NCBI GenBank assembly: GCA_023267435.1
Contig: JAHFNH010000004.1
Location: forward strand, 1,236 to 65,235
Source: Candidatus Nomurabacteria bacterium
GTDB lineage: Bacteria; Patescibacteriota; Minisyncoccia; Phycocordibacterales; UBA9973
Direction: 5' to 3'
Length of the DNA: 64,000 nucleotides
Under the pieces are notes generated by a model. It worked only from the letters and a program-made list of their open reading frames with translations. It was not told where the DNA came from and searched no databases. How positions within the stretch are numbered: the first letter of the stretch is position 1; every line of letters starts with the position of its first letter. This document shows, piece after piece, positions 30,333-39,644 of this stretch. The translations under genes were made by a program, and so were the position numbers.

Positions 30333-31799
30333 ATGAAAAATTTAAAGAAAAAAATATTATTAATAAGCACACTTTCAATATTATTTTTTTCTTTTTTGTT
30401 TACTAATTATGCTTTTGCAAATGTTGCACTTACTAAAACATTTTCTGGATCAACCAAGGTTACAATAAAAGCAACAGGTCTTTTTTCTGGTGGAGATTAC
30501 AGTTTGGCTGTTCATAGTTCTTCTGCTTCAACTCCCGCATACAATAAAACTTTACAGCTTAAAGCAGACAGCGCTGGCATGGTTCAAGGGGATTTTATCG
30601 ACTTAGCTCCAAATGGTAGCTACTCAGCTTTCGTTATGATATATGACTCTACCAGCAGTAATGTTCAACCAGCGCTCGCTACGATTGATTTCACAGCACC
30701 AATAGCCGGTTCGGGTTCTGTTGTCATCACCACTTCATCTATAACGCAAACCTCTGCCATATTTAGGGTTTCAGGTCTTATTCCTCACAATCAATATACG
30801 ATAGGGGTTTATAATACCGATTCATCTACGCCTGCATATAACCAGCAAGTACATTTTACCGGAGCTAGCAATGACAGAATAATTTCTATTCCAAATTTAA
30901 CTCCTGATGGTCACTATACGGCTTACATAACTCCTTTTGATAATACCAGTAATGTGCAACCCAGAATTGCTACGGTTGATTTCGCGACGCTCACAAGCAA
31001 TATCACCGCTCCGAAAATTACTGCGAGTGTTTCAGAAATAACTTCAACCAGTGCAAAGATTACCGTAAACATAGAACAATTTGATCCATCTTTATTTCCA
31101 ATCAGACTCGGTTTGGCTTCCGGCAAGACCGGCGGAACAGTTTCTGTTAGATCTTTTAATACAGAAAATTTAATTCCTACTGACATTCCTCATAGCGTGG
31201 ATATCACTTTAACTTTAGATCCAGGTTCTGATTATTCATTTAGAATTATAAAATTAGGTAGCAATGCTCCTTACACAGATATTCAGACTTTCTCAACTCC
31301 AGCCACAGTCGTTACTACTCCGCCAAACAATACTCCACCAGACAATACCACTACGACAAATACTTACACTCCTCCGGCTATTTATGAACCAGTTGGCGGT
31401 CTAGTGCCATGCGGTACTGCTCGCTATAAAGCAGGAGACGTCGCTCCTAATGGAAAGGTAATTCCAAAAGATAGGCCTACAAATGATCAAGCACTTTTAG
31501 ATACTTATGCATATTTAGGACAAGTAAAAAATCCTTGTGATTTTAATTATGCTCTTACTTTGATAAATAATGTTGTTAAGTTTATTCTTTTCGGTTTAGC
31601 CATACCTCTTGCTGCGATTATGTTCATGTATGCCGGATTTGAAATGGTGACAGCTGGCGGAAGCGAGGAAAAGGCAGGGAAGGCAAGGAGAATATTCACC
31701 AACGCTGTCATAGGTTTAGCACTCGCAGCTGCTGCATGGCTTATCGTAGAGTTAATATTAACAACACTCGGGTACGACGGGTCTTGGATTGGATTTTAA
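30333..31799 (+). CDS. Large pilin-domain protein: repeated FN3/Ig-like domains plus C-terminal TrbC/VirB2-type pilin
   Basis: Duplicated STPAYN...L.P.G.Y...SNVQP..AT.DF; GLVPCG...C; C-terminal IMFMYAGFEMVTAGGSEEKAGKARRIFTNAVIG. Confidence 0.75.
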   Translation: MKNLKKKILLISTLSILFFSFLFTNYAFANVALTKTFSGSTKVTIKATGLFSGGDYSLAVHSSSASTPAYNKTLQLKADSAGMVQGDFIDLAPNGSYSAFVMIYDSTSSNVQPALATIDFTAPIAGSGSVVITTSSITQTSAIFRVSGLIPHNQYTIGVYNTDSSTPAYNQQVHFTGASNDRIISIPNLTPDGHYTAYITPFDNTSNVQPRIATVDFATLTSNITAPKITASVSEITSTSAKITVNIEQFDPSLFPIRLGLASGKTGGTVSVRSFNTENLIPTDIPHSVDITLTLDPGSDYSFRIIKLGSNAPYTDIQTFSTPATVVTTPPNNTPPDNTTTTNTYTPPAIYEPVGGLVPCGTARYKAGDVAPNGKVIPKDRPTNDQALLDTYAYLGQVKNPCDFNYALTLINNVVKFILFGLAIPLAAIMFMYAGFEMVTAGGSEEKAGKARRIFTNAVIGLALAAAAWLIVELILTTLGYDGSWIGF

Positions 31800-31817
31800 A
31801 TGATGTATAATATAGGA

Positions 31818-32180
31818 ATGAATAAAAAACTTTCGAAATTAATGCTTTTGGCTGTTGTGTTTTTAATGCCAGTTATTTCTTTTGCCGATGTCATAGGTGG
31901 TGCACCTGCTGATCTTTCAGGTAAAATAGTGAATCCTATAAGCTCTAGCACTTTAAATGATTTTATACAACTAATACTTAAAGGTGCCATAAAAATCGGC
32001 ATACCGATCATAGCATTAGCCATCATTTACTGTGGTTTTCTTTTTGTGAAAGCTCGTGGTAATCCGGGAGAAATAGAAGTGGCTAAAAAATCTTTGACTT
32101 ATACTATTATCGGAGCAGCGATACTTCTAGGCGCATGGGCTATCGCTCAGCTCGTGGCTAATACAATTTTAGCACTTTAA
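31818..32180 (+). CDS. TrbC/VirB2-type pilin
   Basis: IIYCGFLFVKARGNPGEIEVAKKSLTYTIIG. Confidence 0.8.
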   Translation: MNKKLSKLMLLAVVFLMPVISFADVIGGAPADLSGKIVNPISSSTLNDFIQLILKGAIKIGIPIIALAIIYCGFLFVKARGNPGEIEVAKKSLTYTIIGAAILLGAWAIAQLVANTILAL

Positions 32181-32211
32181 TTTTTATTAATTTTAAACAC
32201 TATTTAAATAC

Positions 32212-32649
32212 ATGAAAAATTTTAAAAAATTTATTTACTCACTTTTAATATTATCTATTTTTATTTTACCAGCAATTTCTTTGGCTCAATATACAGGTGG
32301 TCCAGGTGGTGGCAGTGCTTCTTCAAATGTAGTCAGTTCTTCTTGTTCCTTTCCAGCCAGTCCCACATTTGGAACTTTTGTAGATTTTATTACTTGCAAT
32401 ATTAATAAATCAATTCTTCCTCTTTTGTTTACTTTAGCTTTTGCAGCTTTTGTCTGGGGAATAGTGCAGTATGTCATTCTAGGTGCTGAAGAAGAGGCGA
32501 AAAGGGAAAAAGGCAGGCAGTTTATGATTTGGGGTATTATCGCTTTGGCCGTGATGATCTCAGTTTGGGGTATTGTTAATATATTCACTAATACTTTCGG
32601 TATAAAAAACACCAGTGTTCCCATTATTCCACAGCTTCCGACGCACTAG
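32212..32649 (+). CDS. TrbC/VirB2-type pilin
   Basis: FVWGIVQYV..EEEAKREKGRQFMIWGIIALAVMISVWGIV. Confidence 0.8.
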   Translation: MKNFKKFIYSLLILSIFILPAISLAQYTGGPGGGSASSNVVSSSCSFPASPTFGTFVDFITCNINKSILPLLFTLAFAAFVWGIVQYVILGAEEEAKREKGRQFMIWGIIALAVMISVWGIVNIFTNTFGIKNTSVPIIPQLPTH

Positions 32650-32726
32650 TGTTTGTTTCCAAGGGTTTTATGTTATAATTAAGTCACCTATAAATATTTA
32701 GGAAATTATTATTAACAGGTCGTTTT

Positions 32727-32758
32727 TCCGCCTCTACGGCGGATCGCCGATGAGGCGA
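32727..32758. repeat. Dispersed double-hairpin repeat, copy 3
   Basis: TCCGCC-TCTAC-GGCGGA-TCGCC-GATGA-GGCGA. Confidence 0.85.
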
Positions 32759-32786
32759 TATTATTAATTAGGTTTTATAAAATTAT

Positions 32787-33182
32787 ATGAAAAAGAAATT
32801 CGCTTCATTAGTCGGTTTAGGTCTAGTTATGTCAGCTCCATTATTAGCTTTCGCTCAAAGTCAGCTTCAAACTACTTGTAGTAATGCGACAGGAACAATC
32901 CAGGGAATAATTTGCGATATCAGTAAAATTCTAAATACTGTTATCCCAGTTATCATCGTCTTGGGTGTTGTTTATTTCGTTTGGGGTGTTGTTACTTATG
33001 TTATCTCCAGTGAAGAGGAAGCAAAAGCAGCTGGTAAAAACAGAATGATTTGGGGAATCATCGGTCTTGTTGTTATTGTATCAATGTGGGGCTTGGTAAA
33101 TATTGTTGTTAATACTTTCGGATTACAGAGTTCTTCCATCCAAGTAAACGTCCCTTGTATTACCGGCACACCTGGCTGTTAA
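32787..33182 (+). CDS. TrbC/VirB2-type pilin
   Basis: FVWGVVTYVISSEEEAKAAGKNRMIWGIIGLVVIVSMWGLV. Confidence 0.8.
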   Translation: MKKKFASLVGLGLVMSAPLLAFAQSQLQTTCSNATGTIQGIICDISKILNTVIPVIIVLGVVYFVWGVVTYVISSEEEAKAAGKNRMIWGIIGLVVIVSMWGLVNIVVNTFGLQSSSIQVNVPCITGTPGC

Positions 33183-33186
33183 TCTT

Positions 33187-33564
33187 ATGAATTTTTTATT
33201 TACCAATGTCGCTTATGCAGCCAATGCAGCGAGTGGTGAAAGTTTGGATAAGTTCATTCAGAATGTAAACAAGCTCATCATCAATCCGCTCATCATGTTG
33301 TTGTTCGCTTTGGCTCTAGTTTATTTTGTTTATGGACTTGTTCAGTTTATTGCAAATGCTGAAAACGAAGAGGAAAGATCAACAGGCAAGAAGCATATGA
33401 TTTGGGGGGTGATTGGTTTGACTATCATGCTGGGAGTTTGGACTCTTATAGCAATCATTACGAATACTTTAGGTATATCTTCATCAGATATAAATCCTCA
33501 AACAGGTACGGTAGATCTAAAGAATTATACTCCACCTCCAGGAAGCGGATTGTTAAATTTTTAA
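33187..33564 (+). CDS. TrbC/VirB2-type pilin
   Basis: FVYGLVQFIANAENEEERSTGKKHMIWGVIGLTIMLGVW. Confidence 0.8.
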   Translation: MNFLFTNVAYAANAASGESLDKFIQNVNKLIINPLIMLLFALALVYFVYGLVQFIANAENEEERSTGKKHMIWGVIGLTIMLGVWTLIAIITNTLGISSSDINPQTGTVDLKNYTPPPGSGLLNF

Positions 33565-33573
33565 TTAGAAAAT

Positions 33574-33608
33574 AAAAAGACCATTCACAATGTGTGAATG
33601 GTCTTTTT
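33574..33608. terminator. Bidirectional terminator
   Basis: AAAAAGACCATTCACA/TGTGAATGGTCTTTTT. Confidence 0.85.
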
Positions 33609-33624
33609 GCATCGGGCAATGCGA

Positions 33625-34530
33625 TTATACGCCCTCTTTGATCTCTACAACTTTGAATACTTTAGCCCAAACACTCGGTTTGTTTTCATTGTTGGAAGTT
33701 ATGACAGCATTTCCAGAAAGATAATTCGGAGGAACGTTAATTTCTCCTTTTCCTGAATATGCTACCGGATCTCTTATTCCCTGTAGTTTTACATTAATAG
33801 GTTCTCCATCTGTTTGGATGTGGAACGCGTATTCAATATCAACTGTAAGGGGAGTCCATCCTTCCTGCATAAGTACCAGAGCTGTCGGAACTTTTTCTGT
33901 CTTTTTTGTACTGTTATCAGCCTTGTTGCCGCTTTGAGATAAGTCTTTCATAAACTCTTTCATTTCTTTTGAAAGCTCATCTTTTTTTGCAGCGCTAGTG
34001 CTGGATGGGTATGAAAAATTTAAAAAAATAATTGCTACCATCGCACTTACAGCAAGTTTCCATGACTCTTTAAAGGCAAACAAAACAATGACAACGATAA
34101 CATTTGTGATCCAGAATAATTCCGCAGGGTTGTTCCACGCTTCCCAAATTCTTGGGAATTGTGTATATATGAGCCGTAGGCTTAATACATATATAGCAAA
34201 CGCTGCGATTCTTTTAACTAAATTACCTTGTTCCACTTTTCCGTTAAAAAAATCAATTACTCCAAAGTAAATCTTTAGTATTAAAGAACTTAAAAGCATG
34301 AAAGCTGTTATGTCGAATATAACCGCATTCATAGCGCTAAAAACATGTAATCCTTCTTCCTTTCCTTTGAATGATTCTGAAATTACAGGATAGGAATCAG
34401 CTGCTATAAATAACCAGATGTGCCAATTAAAGATGATTGATTCAGCAAGTTCTTTTAGCTTTTCTGCGCTACTCATCGCTCCCTTTATTCTTTTAAGGAA
34501 GTTGATGAATTTTTCAAACAATTTTTTCAT
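33625..34530 (-). CDS. Hypothetical multi-pass membrane protein
   Basis: 301-aa ORF with several hydrophobic helices, overlapping the upstream stop. Confidence 0.65.
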   Translation of the reverse strand: MKKLFEKFINFLKRIKGAMSSAEKLKELAESIIFNWHIWLFIAADSYPVISESFKGKEEGLHVFSAMNAVIFDITAFMLLSSLILKIYFGVIDFFNGKVEQGNLVKRIAAFAIYVLSLRLIYTQFPRIWEAWNNPAELFWITNVIVVIVLFAFKESWKLAVSAMVAIIFLNFSYPSSTSAAKKDELSKEMKEFMKDLSQSGNKADNSTKKTEKVPTALVLMQEGWTPLTVDIEYAFHIQTDGEPINVKLQGIRDPVAYSGKGEINVPPNYLSGNAVITSNNENKPSVWAKVFKVVEIKEGV

Positions 34531-35663
34531 TTTCGTGTCCTCCTTTTAGGTTTAGTTTTTTTACCATCAACACTTGTTGTGGCCATTACTTTAACATCAG
34601 ATGATGCTCCTCCTCCATAGCTTAGTAATTCAGTATCCTTTACTTGTTCCAGTTTCATAAACTCTGCAAGTTGAGGATTATTTTTCATTACTTTACCCAT
34701 TGAGTTAAAATAAGCTCCATCTGCATCTGCATCAATTAAACGAGCTTCTCTTCTTTTTTCAGCTGTTTTAACCAAAGCAGAACCTTCATTCTCTGCTATA
34801 AGTTTGGCAACTTGAGATTTCTCCACCTCTGCATTTGCGGGGCTCTTAACCATTTCATAGAATTTAAGCTCTACAAGATGAACTTTGATACCGAGCGCTT
34901 TTTCTGTAACAGCATCCACAGCTTCTATGATTGTTGTAGCAAGCTTAGAATTTTGGTCAAGCTTTCCCATATTTTGAAAAGTTTCCCAATCTTGATCGTT
35001 TGCAAAATCTTCAAAAGCTGTTTCTACGGCAGTTGAGGCTTGAGTAAAAATGATTCCCTGAGGGGGAACTTTAAAGATAACTTTAATAATGTTCATTACT
35101 TGAAATGTAACAATTAGAACAGCATTAATTTTAATAGTACCTTCATCTTTACCATCAACATTTTTACTAGCACCTTTTTTGCTTCTTGTGGCAGTTTTTT
35201 TAGCAGGTTTTGATTTCATTGCTTTCATTTCTACATCTGTAATTTCTACAGCGTGGGCATAAAAGCGGCTAAAAGAAGTACAATCTTCTTTTTCTTCCAA
35301 TTTTATGAAAGATTTTGCTTCAGGTGTTCTGTTTTCTACAAACTCACACCAAGAACGTTTGAAATGCATAATGCTAAAAATAGGACTTAAACCGATGTCA
35401 GTTATTCCAAGAAAGTTGAATAAACGACCTAATTTTTGTTTTTCACCAGGTTTCCAATCACCATGTTCGTCATAATGACCATCTTCTGAGTTAAATAATA
35501 TTTTTACAACATTTTCTCCTTTTACGACAACTTTCCCAGTTTCTGGTGCAAGTTGTGTATAGTTCCAGTCTCTTTTTGCCCAAGCTTTTAAAACTTGTAT
35601 AATAATAACAACTACTGTCATTATTCCAAAAAGAATGCTAAATGTAATAATGTGCGTTTCCAT
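34527..35663 (-). CDS. Membrane-anchored protein, possibly SPFH/band-7-like
   Basis: N-terminal TM, beta-rich core, Ala/Glu-rich coil (AENEG..AEKRREA..ADADG); SD-like AAGGAG upstream. Confidence 0.5.
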   Translation of the reverse strand: METHIITFSILFGIMTVVVIIIQVLKAWAKRDWNYTQLAPETGKVVVKGENVVKILFNSEDGHYDEHGDWKPGEKQKLGRLFNFLGITDIGLSPIFSIMHFKRSWCEFVENRTPEAKSFIKLEEKEDCTSFSRFYAHAVEITDVEMKAMKSKPAKKTATRSKKGASKNVDGKDEGTIKINAVLIVTFQVMNIIKVIFKVPPQGIIFTQASTAVETAFEDFANDQDWETFQNMGKLDQNSKLATTIIEAVDAVTEKALGIKVHLVELKFYEMVKSPANAEVEKSQVAKLIAENEGSALVKTAEKRREARLIDADADGAYFNSMGKVMKNNPQLAEFMKLEQVKDTELLSYGGGASSDVKVMATTSVDGKKTKPKRRTRK

Positions 35664-35867
35664 TGTTTGTTTCTCCTTTTTATTTTAGGTTAGTTTATTA
35701 TTTTTAGTTATGTTCAGCTAAATGCTCAAAATGAATTGAGCTACTTGGCTGAACATAACTATTTTTCTAACCAGTTTTCAAATAACTTATTACGCTTAAA
35801 GTATATCATAAACAAACAAAAAAGTCAAGCCTTTCGGCTCGACTTTTTTGTTATATTTTATAGCTTT

Positions 35868-36596
35868 TTAAGCGTGTTTTGGATGCAGTTCTTGTTTGGG
35901 TTTTTCTTGGGCGAAAGCCTTTCGAGCCAATATTACTATCAAGAGAATTAGGGCCAAAAGCAGTAACCATTGAGTCAAAGTTGTAGGCATTAAACCATTT
36001 GCTCCGAAGAGTGCGCCTGCAGCAAGACTGTTGCCGGTATTAGTTGATTTAGTTGGTGTACTTTTAGTGGTTGCAGCTGGAGGTGTTTTCTTTGGAGTTG
36101 TAGTTGTTGCAGTAGTAGTTGGTTTGTTTAAATGAAACAAAGCTGCGTTTGACATTCCGCCTCCTGGTTGAGGGCTTAATACAGTTACTGAGTAAGCACC
36201 TACACCCGCCATATCTGATGTGGTAAGAGTCATGGTAAGAGTGTTTGAATTTATAAAAGTTGTAGCTCTTTCTGCACTATTCCATCTAGCCATAGATCCA
36301 GGTACAAAGTTTGCTCCAGTGATCACTACGGTTACAGGATTACTTGTTGTATTTGCAGAATTTGGACTGATTGAATAGATAACTGGAGTAGGGTTGCTGT
36401 AAGTTGGTGTTGGGTTTGTAACAGGAGGATAGGAAGGATTTGGATTGGTAGGATTAGATGGTGCTGAAGTTCCACTACCTGCAGAATAGAAGCCTGCATT
36501 AGCATGCATAGGCAAGACAAACATAACACTGAAAATAGAAACAGCCAGTATCCCCAAGGCGTTTAATATTAAGTTGTTATTTGTTTTAGTTTTCAT
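35868..36596 (-). CDS. IPT/TIG (Ig-like) domain surface protein with C-terminal TM anchor
   Basis: Signal peptide; NPTPVIYSISPNS...ITGANFVPGS; T/P/K-rich linker; C-terminal TM. Confidence 0.75.
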   Translation of the reverse strand: MKTKTNNNLILNALGILAVSIFSVMFVLPMHANAGFYSAGSGTSAPSNPTNPNPSYPPVTNPTPTYSNPTPVIYSISPNSANTTSNPVTVVITGANFVPGSMARWNSAERATTFINSNTLTMTLTTSDMAGVGAYSVTVLSPQPGGGMSNAALFHLNKPTTTATTTTPKKTPPAATTKSTPTKSTNTGNSLAAGALFGANGLMPTTLTQWLLLLALILLIVILARKAFAQEKPKQELHPKHA

Positions 36597-36652
36597 ACAG
36601 AAAGTATATCATATATAAATACAAAAGTCAAGCCTTACGATAACCTATTTTG

Positions 36653-36734
36653 TGCCGGGAGGGAGACTCGAACTCCCAAGGGTTGCCCCACTAGTTCCTA
36701 AGACTAGCGCGTATACCAATTCCGCCATCCCGGC
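36653..36734 (-). tRNA. tRNA-Leu(TAG)
   Basis: GCCGGGATGGCGGAATTGGTATACGCG CTAGT-CTTAGGA-ACTAG ... GTTCGAGTC; long variable arm. Confidence 0.95.
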
Positions 36735-36916
36735 AATGTATTAAACTCTAACATTAAAACAGTGCTTACGCACTCCGTCTCGCACAAGGATATTGTGGTC
36801 ACAAGTATTTTTCTACTGAAAAATCTCGCGAAGCCTATCGTATTAATAGGCACCTGTAGACGGCCCGCTCTCGGCACCGTCGTGCCTGCGGCTCGCACAA
36901 AGCATCCCATGCTTTG

Positions 36917-36989
36917 TGCGCCCACCAGGGATCGAACCTGGGACATTCTCCTTAAGAGGGAGCTACTCTACCAGCTGAGTTATGGGCGC
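36917..36989 (-). tRNA. tRNA-Lys(CTT)
   Basis: GCGCCCATAACTCAGCTGGTAGAG..CTCC-CTCTTAA-GGAG..GGTTCGATCC. Confidence 0.93.
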
Positions 36990-37036
36990 ATGAAATATTC
37001 AGTTATCGGCGTATAAAAACAAAACTTAAACACCGG

Positions 37037-37118
37037 TGCCCGGAGTGGGGGTCGAACCCACATCCCTTGCGAGACACGATTTTAAGTCGTGCGCGTATAC
37101 CAATTCCGCCATCCGGGC
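37037..37118 (-). tRNA. tRNA-Leu(TAA)
   Basis: GCCCGGATGGCGGAATTGG..CACGA-CTTAAAA-TCGTG..GGTTCGACCC. Confidence 0.95.
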
Positions 37119-37166
37119 AATTTTTAAATTATAATTCAAAACTATTCTTTTCTCAAATTACAATTG

Positions 37167-37238
37167 AGGCCTGGGGCGGAATTGAACCGCCGCATAGAGA
37201 TTTTGCAGATCTCTGCCTTACCACTTGGCTACCAGGCC
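37167..37238 (-). tRNA. tRNA-Cys(GCA)
   Basis: GGCCTGGTAGCCAAGTGGTAAGGCA GAGAT-CTGCAAA-ATCTC ..GGTTCAATTCC. Confidence 0.95.
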
Positions 37239-37268
37239 TAATATTATATTTATACTAACCAACTCATC

Positions 37269-37592
37269 TTACTTTTCTCTCAGCAATTCGTCAATTTTTT
37301 GTCTGTTCTTTTCTCCGCGATCTATCTCAATATCAATAAAAGGAATTGTCTTTACTTCCATATTCTTTTTTAAATAATCTCGCAAGTCTGCTCTTTTGCG
37401 TTTTGCGAAGTCTAATGCATCGTGTTCTTTTGATTCTGGCAGGACTGTGATAAATATAGTTGCGCGTTTCATATCAGGAGAGGTATTACAAGAGGTGACG
37501 GTGATGAGTGAAGTTCTATTATTTTCACGTGCTAAAAATTGAGCTGCGAGCTCTTTGACATATTGCGCTATTTTTTCATTTCTTGGAATCAT
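37269..37592 (-). CDS. rbfA: Ribosome-binding factor A
   Basis: LITVT...SPDMKRATIFI...KTIPFIDIEID; lies directly downstream of infB. Confidence 0.85.
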   Translation of the reverse strand: MIPRNEKIAQYVKELAAQFLARENNRTSLITVTSCNTSPDMKRATIFITVLPESKEHDALDFAKRKRADLRDYLKKNMEVKTIPFIDIEIDRGEKNRQKIDELLREK

Positions 37593-37593
37593 A

Positions 37594-39099
37594 TTATTTT
37601 TGTGTGATTGAGAACGATTCAAGAATATCACCGGATACTATTTCGATCTTTGATTCGATCATAGTACCGAATTCAGATCCTTCTTCGACTTTGCTTGTTT
37701 TCTGTTTACTCTTTTCAAGATTTACTATTTTACCTTTGCCTATTTCGAATTCTCGGCGAATTATTTTTACAGTTTCACCCAGAGAGATGCTTCCTTCGGT
37801 GACTTTTCCGCCGACAACTTGTCTTTCTTTTGTACGACTGAACGCTTTGATTATTTTTGCTCGTCCGGTCGTTTCAACTGTTTCCACTCTTGGGCGTCTT
37901 TTTTCCATTTCTTCTGCAAGCCACTCGGTCATTTTATAAATAATATCAAAGAAAAGAACCGGTATGTTTTGTTTTAACGCTAGGTCATTTGCACCTTTGT
38001 CAGCTTTGACATTGAAACCGATTACGATAATGTCTGAACTTCCTTGAGATGATTTTATATCAGATTCATTGATAGGCCCGACACCTTTTTGAATTATTTT
38101 GAATTCTGCACCATCACTTTTGATTTTACCTATTTCTTTTTCAATCGCTTCAATGGATCCCATGACGTCTGCACGTAAAATTATCGGAATGATTTTTTTA
38201 TCGCTTACTTCTCTTTTTTCAGTTTTTGTTATTTTTCCAGTTAGTATGTCTTTTGCATATTCTTCCGCATCACTTTTCTTTTCAAAAGATTTAAACATTG
38301 CTCCAACTTTGGGAACTTTATTAAAACCAACGAGTCGGACAGGGGAGGAAAATGTAGCATCGTTAACCATCTTACCTAAAAAGTTTTCCATGATGCGGGT
38401 AGAACACAAAGCATCTTCCACTGCCACAGTCATTCCTTTTTTGAGTTTTCCATCCTTGATTACTAAAGTTGCTTGAACTCCACGTTTTGAATCCAAATTT
38501 GCTTCTATCACATAACCACTTGCTCCTTCTTCAGTGTTTGCTGTGAAATTTTCCATCTCAGCAAGTAAAAGAATAAGAGTTAAAAGATTATCTACACCAG
38601 TGCCTACTTTGGCAGATATTTCTGCGACAGGTGTTTTACCTCCATAACCCTCAATATATATTTCATTTTCTGCGAGCTCCATTTTTGTTTTTTCAATATT
38701 GGCTGCTGGTCTGTCGATTTTATTAATAGCAACGATAAATGGAATCTTGCTTTCCAGAATTGTTTTGTAAGCTTCCACTGTTTGTGGTTTTACTCCGTCT
38801 TCAGCTGAGACGACTAAGATAGCAATATCAGCAGCTTCTGCTCCGCGTTCGCGCATTTTGGAAAAAGCTTCGTGACCGGGAGTATCTAGGAATGTTATTT
38901 TTTTATCTTTGCCGTGCTCATCTTTATGAACAACTTCATAAGCGGAAATATGCTGGGTAATTCCTCCAGCTTCACGGTCTACTATATTTGTCTTTCGAAT
39001 ATAATCCAACAATGTAGATTTACCGTGGTCGATATGACCCATAACCACCACGATTGGCGGACGCTCTGTTATATTTGTTTTTTCTTTTGAATCTTTCAT
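37594..39099 (-). CDS. infB: Translation initiation factor IF-2, short form without the N-terminal domain
   Basis: RPPIVVVMGHIDHGKSTLLD, EAGGITQHI, DTPGHEAF, NKID. Confidence 0.97.
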   Translation of the reverse strand: MKDSKEKTNITERPPIVVVMGHIDHGKSTLLDYIRKTNIVDREAGGITQHISAYEVVHKDEHGKDKKITFLDTPGHEAFSKMRERGAEAADIAILVVSAEDGVKPQTVEAYKTILESKIPFIVAINKIDRPAANIEKTKMELAENEIYIEGYGGKTPVAEISAKVGTGVDNLLTLILLLAEMENFTANTEEGASGYVIEANLDSKRGVQATLVIKDGKLKKGMTVAVEDALCSTRIMENFLGKMVNDATFSSPVRLVGFNKVPKVGAMFKSFEKKSDAEEYAKDILTGKITKTEKREVSDKKIIPIILRADVMGSIEAIEKEIGKIKSDGAEFKIIQKGVGPINESDIKSSQGSSDIIVIGFNVKADKGANDLALKQNIPVLFFDIIYKMTEWLAEEMEKRRPRVETVETTGRAKIIKAFSRTKERQVVGGKVTEGSISLGETVKIIRREFEIGKGKIVNLEKSKQKTSKVEEGSEFGTMIESKIEIVSGDILESFSITQK

Positions 39100-39146
39100 T
39101 TGATTTATTTTATAGCCTAGCTACGAATTTACTAATTCGAATCACG

Positions 39147-39620
39147 CTAGGCGTGAACTTCTGCTCTTTTAAGAGTTTCTTTTTCTTCCGCCGTTAATTC
39201 ATATTCTGATTTTCCTTTTTTAACAGGCTTGGCGAATACACTCATGCGTTCACGGGAATATAAACTTGAAATAACCACACCATCGCCTTCTTCGTTTAAT
39301 AATCCAATTGCAAAACTTTGATTACTGCCTTGGTCAGGGAATGGATTGAAGCGCACAGTCTCAAGTCCGCGAATACTTTTCTTGAGTTTTGAATTTATTA
39401 AGACTAACTCTTTCTCGTGTTCTTCTTTTGATTTTTTTAACTTAGCAATGTCACTCTCTAGAGCAATAATAGTATCTTCCAAATCTTTAGCCTTTTTGCC
39501 GATAAAAAATCTTTTCAAGCGTTTTTCGGTTTTAATAACCCAAATAACGCCGACAATGATGGCGATCCCAGTTAAAACAAAAAAAGCCAAGAAAATAATA
39601 TTGTCGAGCTTTATATTCAT
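39147..39620 (-). CDS. DUF4446-family membrane protein
   Basis: TM + coiled coil + VRFNPF.D.GSNQSF.I.LL...GDGVVISSLYSRE...FAKP. Confidence 0.75.
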   Translation of the reverse strand: MNIKLDNIIFLAFFVLTGIAIIVGVIWVIKTEKRLKRFFIGKKAKDLEDTIIALESDIAKLKKSKEEHEKELVLINSKLKKSIRGLETVRFNPFPDQGSNQSFAIGLLNEEGDGVVISSLYSRERMSVFAKPVKKGKSEYELTAEEKETLKRAEVHA

Positions 39621-39644
39621 GCCTTTTCAATATATACTATTTTT

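Noticed and set aside
36704-37258. ORFs overlapping the tRNA cluster
   Set aside because: They are shadow ORFs of tRNA genes.
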